From Octopus bimaculoides (taxonomy: Eukaryota): a stretch of DNA of 64,000 nt. Below the pieces are notes generated by a model. The model was not told the origin of the DNA and ran no database searches. It saw nothing but the letters and a program-made list of their open reading frames with translations. The position numbers were made by a program, and so were the translations under genes. The stretch is from assembly GCF_001194135.2 (NCBI RefSeq), contig NC_068990.1:16426276-16490275 (forward strand), read 5' to 3'. Every line of letters begins with the position of its first letter. The stretch's first letter is position 1. This document shows, piece after piece, positions 61,100-64,000 of this stretch.

Positions 61100-61610
61100 T
61101 CAGTATTTTTGAGGGAAGGATTAGTCAATACCATTGACCTCAGTGCTTAAGTGATGCTTCATATTATTCTGAAAGGAGAGAGGCAAAGTTGATCCCAGCA
61201 GAATTTGACCTCAGAACAACATAAAATGCTAGAAGAAATATTGCTAAGTATTATTTTTGGTGGTCTTATGATTTTTACCAATCCACTGCCCTTAATGGTT
61301 TCGGATTTAATTTCAAGACCAGCAGTTTTGAAAAGAGAGCTTAGTTAATCCTACTTTAGTCTATTGACCCCAAAAGGAAGAAAGACAAAGTTGACCTATG
61401 TGGGATGAGAGTTCAGGCTGTAAAAAACCAGAAGAAATACTACAAAGTATTTCTTCTAATGCTCTATTGATTTTGGTATAAGGCCATCCATTTTCAAAAG
61501 GGATAGTTGATGCCATCGACTCTAATATTTGACTAGTATTTTATTTTATTGACTCCAGAAGAGTAAAATGCAATGTTGACCTTGTTGGAATTTGAATTCA
61601 GAATGTAAAG
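61100..61610 (-). mobile_element. Three degraded SINE family B copies
   Basis: Reverse-complement core, CpG-decayed. Confidence 0.6.
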
Positions 61611-61692
61611 GTTTTCTTTTTCTTTTTAACAATAACAATAATATTATTGATGCGCATGGTGTCTTACTAAAGTCTTTTTTCTGCAATTTTAG

Positions 61693-61882
61693 GAAATTTT
61701 TCCACCTATTTCATTTCATATATGCGTATGCGTAAAATCTCCCCGGACATTCAGTATACTGATACCATCTGGATTGTGTCAGTTGGCACTATTACTACTG
61801 GGTTCACAATGTTTTTGTCTGGGATCTTGGAGAAGCGACTTGGTTCCAGAATTACCATACTATTAGCAGGTTGGCTCATGAG
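61693..61882 (+). CDS. MFS transporter second coding exon (NFSTYFISYMRMRK...GFTMFLSGILEKRLGSRITILLAGWLMS); gene continues beyond the right edge
   Basis: Acceptor aattttAG, donor GTaata, 190 nt, phase 1 to 2. In frame with the previous exon; MFS motif-A-like GILEKRLGSR. Confidence 0.9.
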
Positions 61883-62643
61883 GTAATATCTTAATTTATA
61901 TCACTTTTTTTCTTTGAAATAATGAAAGTGATTTTCAGAAGAAATTACCAACAAAAACCATGATTAAAAGAAATAAGGGCATCTGCTTCAACATACTCTC
62001 ATCTGACCCACGCAAGTATGAAAATGTAGATGTGGAAACAGGAAACAAAGCTGATGATGGTTCAATTGTGAATTTGAAATATGAACTATTTTGTTACGAT
62101 ATTTATGTTAAACTACACTAACTTTCCTTCAGCTAATTTTGAAAATAAAGAGTTTAATAAAATAACTTTACTATTAGTAAACTGGTATTTAGAACATAAA
62201 TTAACATAAAATTTCAATGGAAGGTTTAATTTAGATCTCTTGAAAAGTTTGTACAATAGAACTAAGTGAACTAAGTGCAGTCTAGGGTGAGGCAGTGTCA
62301 AAAAAAGGGTTAAATATCATCATCGTCATATAATGTCTGTGCTCCATGCTAGCATGGGTGGGACAGTATGTATATATTTGTATAGGCAATTAAGTAAGTA
62401 TATTCCTATATGTATATGTATATATATTGGTATATGAATACTAATATATGTATGTTAAGATAAACATATGTATGTGATTGTTTTATGCTGATATTTTTGT
62501 GTATGAGGATATGTGTAGGTAAGTAGGTATGTATATATATATGTGTGTGTATGTATGTAGTTGGTTGTATAGGTGTGTGTGTATATATATGTGTATGTAT
62601 GTATATAGATGACTGTATATATGAGGGTGTGCATGTAGATATG

Positions 62644-62692
<49 letters not shown>

Positions 62693-63609
62693 TATATATG
62701 CATGGGTATGTATTTGGTTATGGACTCTGGTATGTAACGCTATTTTTAACCAGGGTTTGGATTGATTGATTGAATGGTCAATTAGTTATTTAGTTAATTG
62801 ATTGATTGGCTGATTGATTGGTGGACTGATGGATTGGTTAATTAGTCGTTAGATTAAGACGTTATTGAGGATACTCAAATCTAGGGTTACCTCCCTTCAC
62901 TCTTATTTGGAAAATAAAAATGTCTCGAATATAAATATAACAGAAGTAATTAGATATATAAATAGACGAATCGCTAATTTTATAACTACCTTAGGAGTTT
63001 ATTAGTTAAGTGACTCAACTATATAGGGAATCCTGCTGTCAGACATAATAAATTTTAAATATAATTTGAGGCAATTTGTCGAGTGCAATAGCTTTCGATC
63101 GTAATTTTACCGATAATAACTACAATTTGAAAATATGTAGGTATAACTTATATATGAAGGAGTGGTCCAGATGGAGTATATGTAATCTGAACCTTTACCC
63201 CCCCCCCTTTTTTTTTTTTTTTACGGAATCCCACGTTTTAGGCTATGGAGATTCAGATTCTGAAAAAAAAAATTTCGAAAATCTCAAATTCAAAATTTCG
63301 ATTTGGCTGTTATTTCTAGCATGTAAATAGACTGCTTGGGGGTGGGGGGATTGAAATTTTTCAAACAATTTTTTTTCAGAATCATAANNNNNNNNNNNNN
63401 NNNNNNNNNNNNNNNNNNNNNNNNNNNNNNNNNNNNNNNNNNNNNNNNNNNNNNNNNNNNNNNNNNNNNNNNNNNNNNNNNNNNNNNNNNNNNNNNNNNN
63501 NNNNNNNNNNNNNNNNNNCTGCATGTGCGACCCTACAGAATTAAAGAGACATATACAACATTTTATTCACCGCATGCAGTTCTCAGGTTACAGCCATAAA
63601 GAAAGGATC

Positions 63610-64000
63610 AGAGTATACAAAGGAGCCATGAGGAAATTTGAAACTATCATACATAACCTTCAGGTAGATGGCCCTGCTCAATCAGTAGAAAAGGTGTAGG
63701 TAGAAACTCTATAAGATGTACCCAGTGCAAGCTATGGACACATAAGAGGTGCAGCAATATCAAAGGACGGCTAACTAGCAAGATAGTTTTTGTATGTGGC
63801 AGATGCTCAGGAGCAATAAACACTGAGAATGGGCAGAAAACAACCTTTACCACACTCCAGGGTGAAAAACTAGAAGTAGTTGATAGCTTCTGCTACCTAG
63901 GTGACCAAGTTTGTAGCCGGGGAGGGTGCACTGAAAATGTAGCTGCTGGAATAAGAATAGCCTGGGCAAAGTTTAGAGAGTTCTTACCTCTGCTGGTGAC
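63610..64000 (+). mobile_element. RTE LINE fragment with PHD finger, runs off the window
   Basis: GRWPCSISRKGVGRNSIRCTQCKLWTHKRCSNIKGRLTSKIVFVCGRC...GEKLEVVDSFCYLGDQ. Confidence 0.9.

Overview
AT-rich, repeat-dense animal genomic DNA with many N gaps. The repeat families and microsatellite load look like an octopod cephalopod such as Octopus (inference). Four intron-containing genes can be built from splice signals and reading-frame phase. (1) The 5' part of a minus-strand SDS22-type LRR plus LRR-cap gene (4 exons, 12982->1888, continuing off the left edge), with an RFX X-box-like promoter site. (2,3) Two complete tandem plus-strand paralogues of a secreted AA15-type lytic polysaccharide monooxygenase (19066-21582, 295 aa; 37161-43817, 283 aa). 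Each has a His-brace catalytic domain, a Pro/Ser/Thr/Arg linker and a 6-Cys C-terminal module. Both replace the usual Ala of the T-A-x-H motif and share a near-identical promoter and signal-peptide block. (4) The first two coding exons of an oxalate:formate-antiporter-like MFS transporter (58886-61882, continuing off the right edge). The rest is decayed mobile DNA: three mariners, a hAT/Buster with nested insertions, a Penelope-like element, a Helitron helicase fragment, PHD-finger-containing RTE LINEs, R4/Dong and Tx1-like relics, several SINE families, fold-back MITEs (some with TTAGGG arrays), a tRNA-Asp pseudogene and micro/minisatellites. A CpG-retaining domain at about 45-54 kb contrasts with CpG-depleted flanks. 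Identity figures and CpG counts are by-eye counts, and repeat boundaries are approximate.
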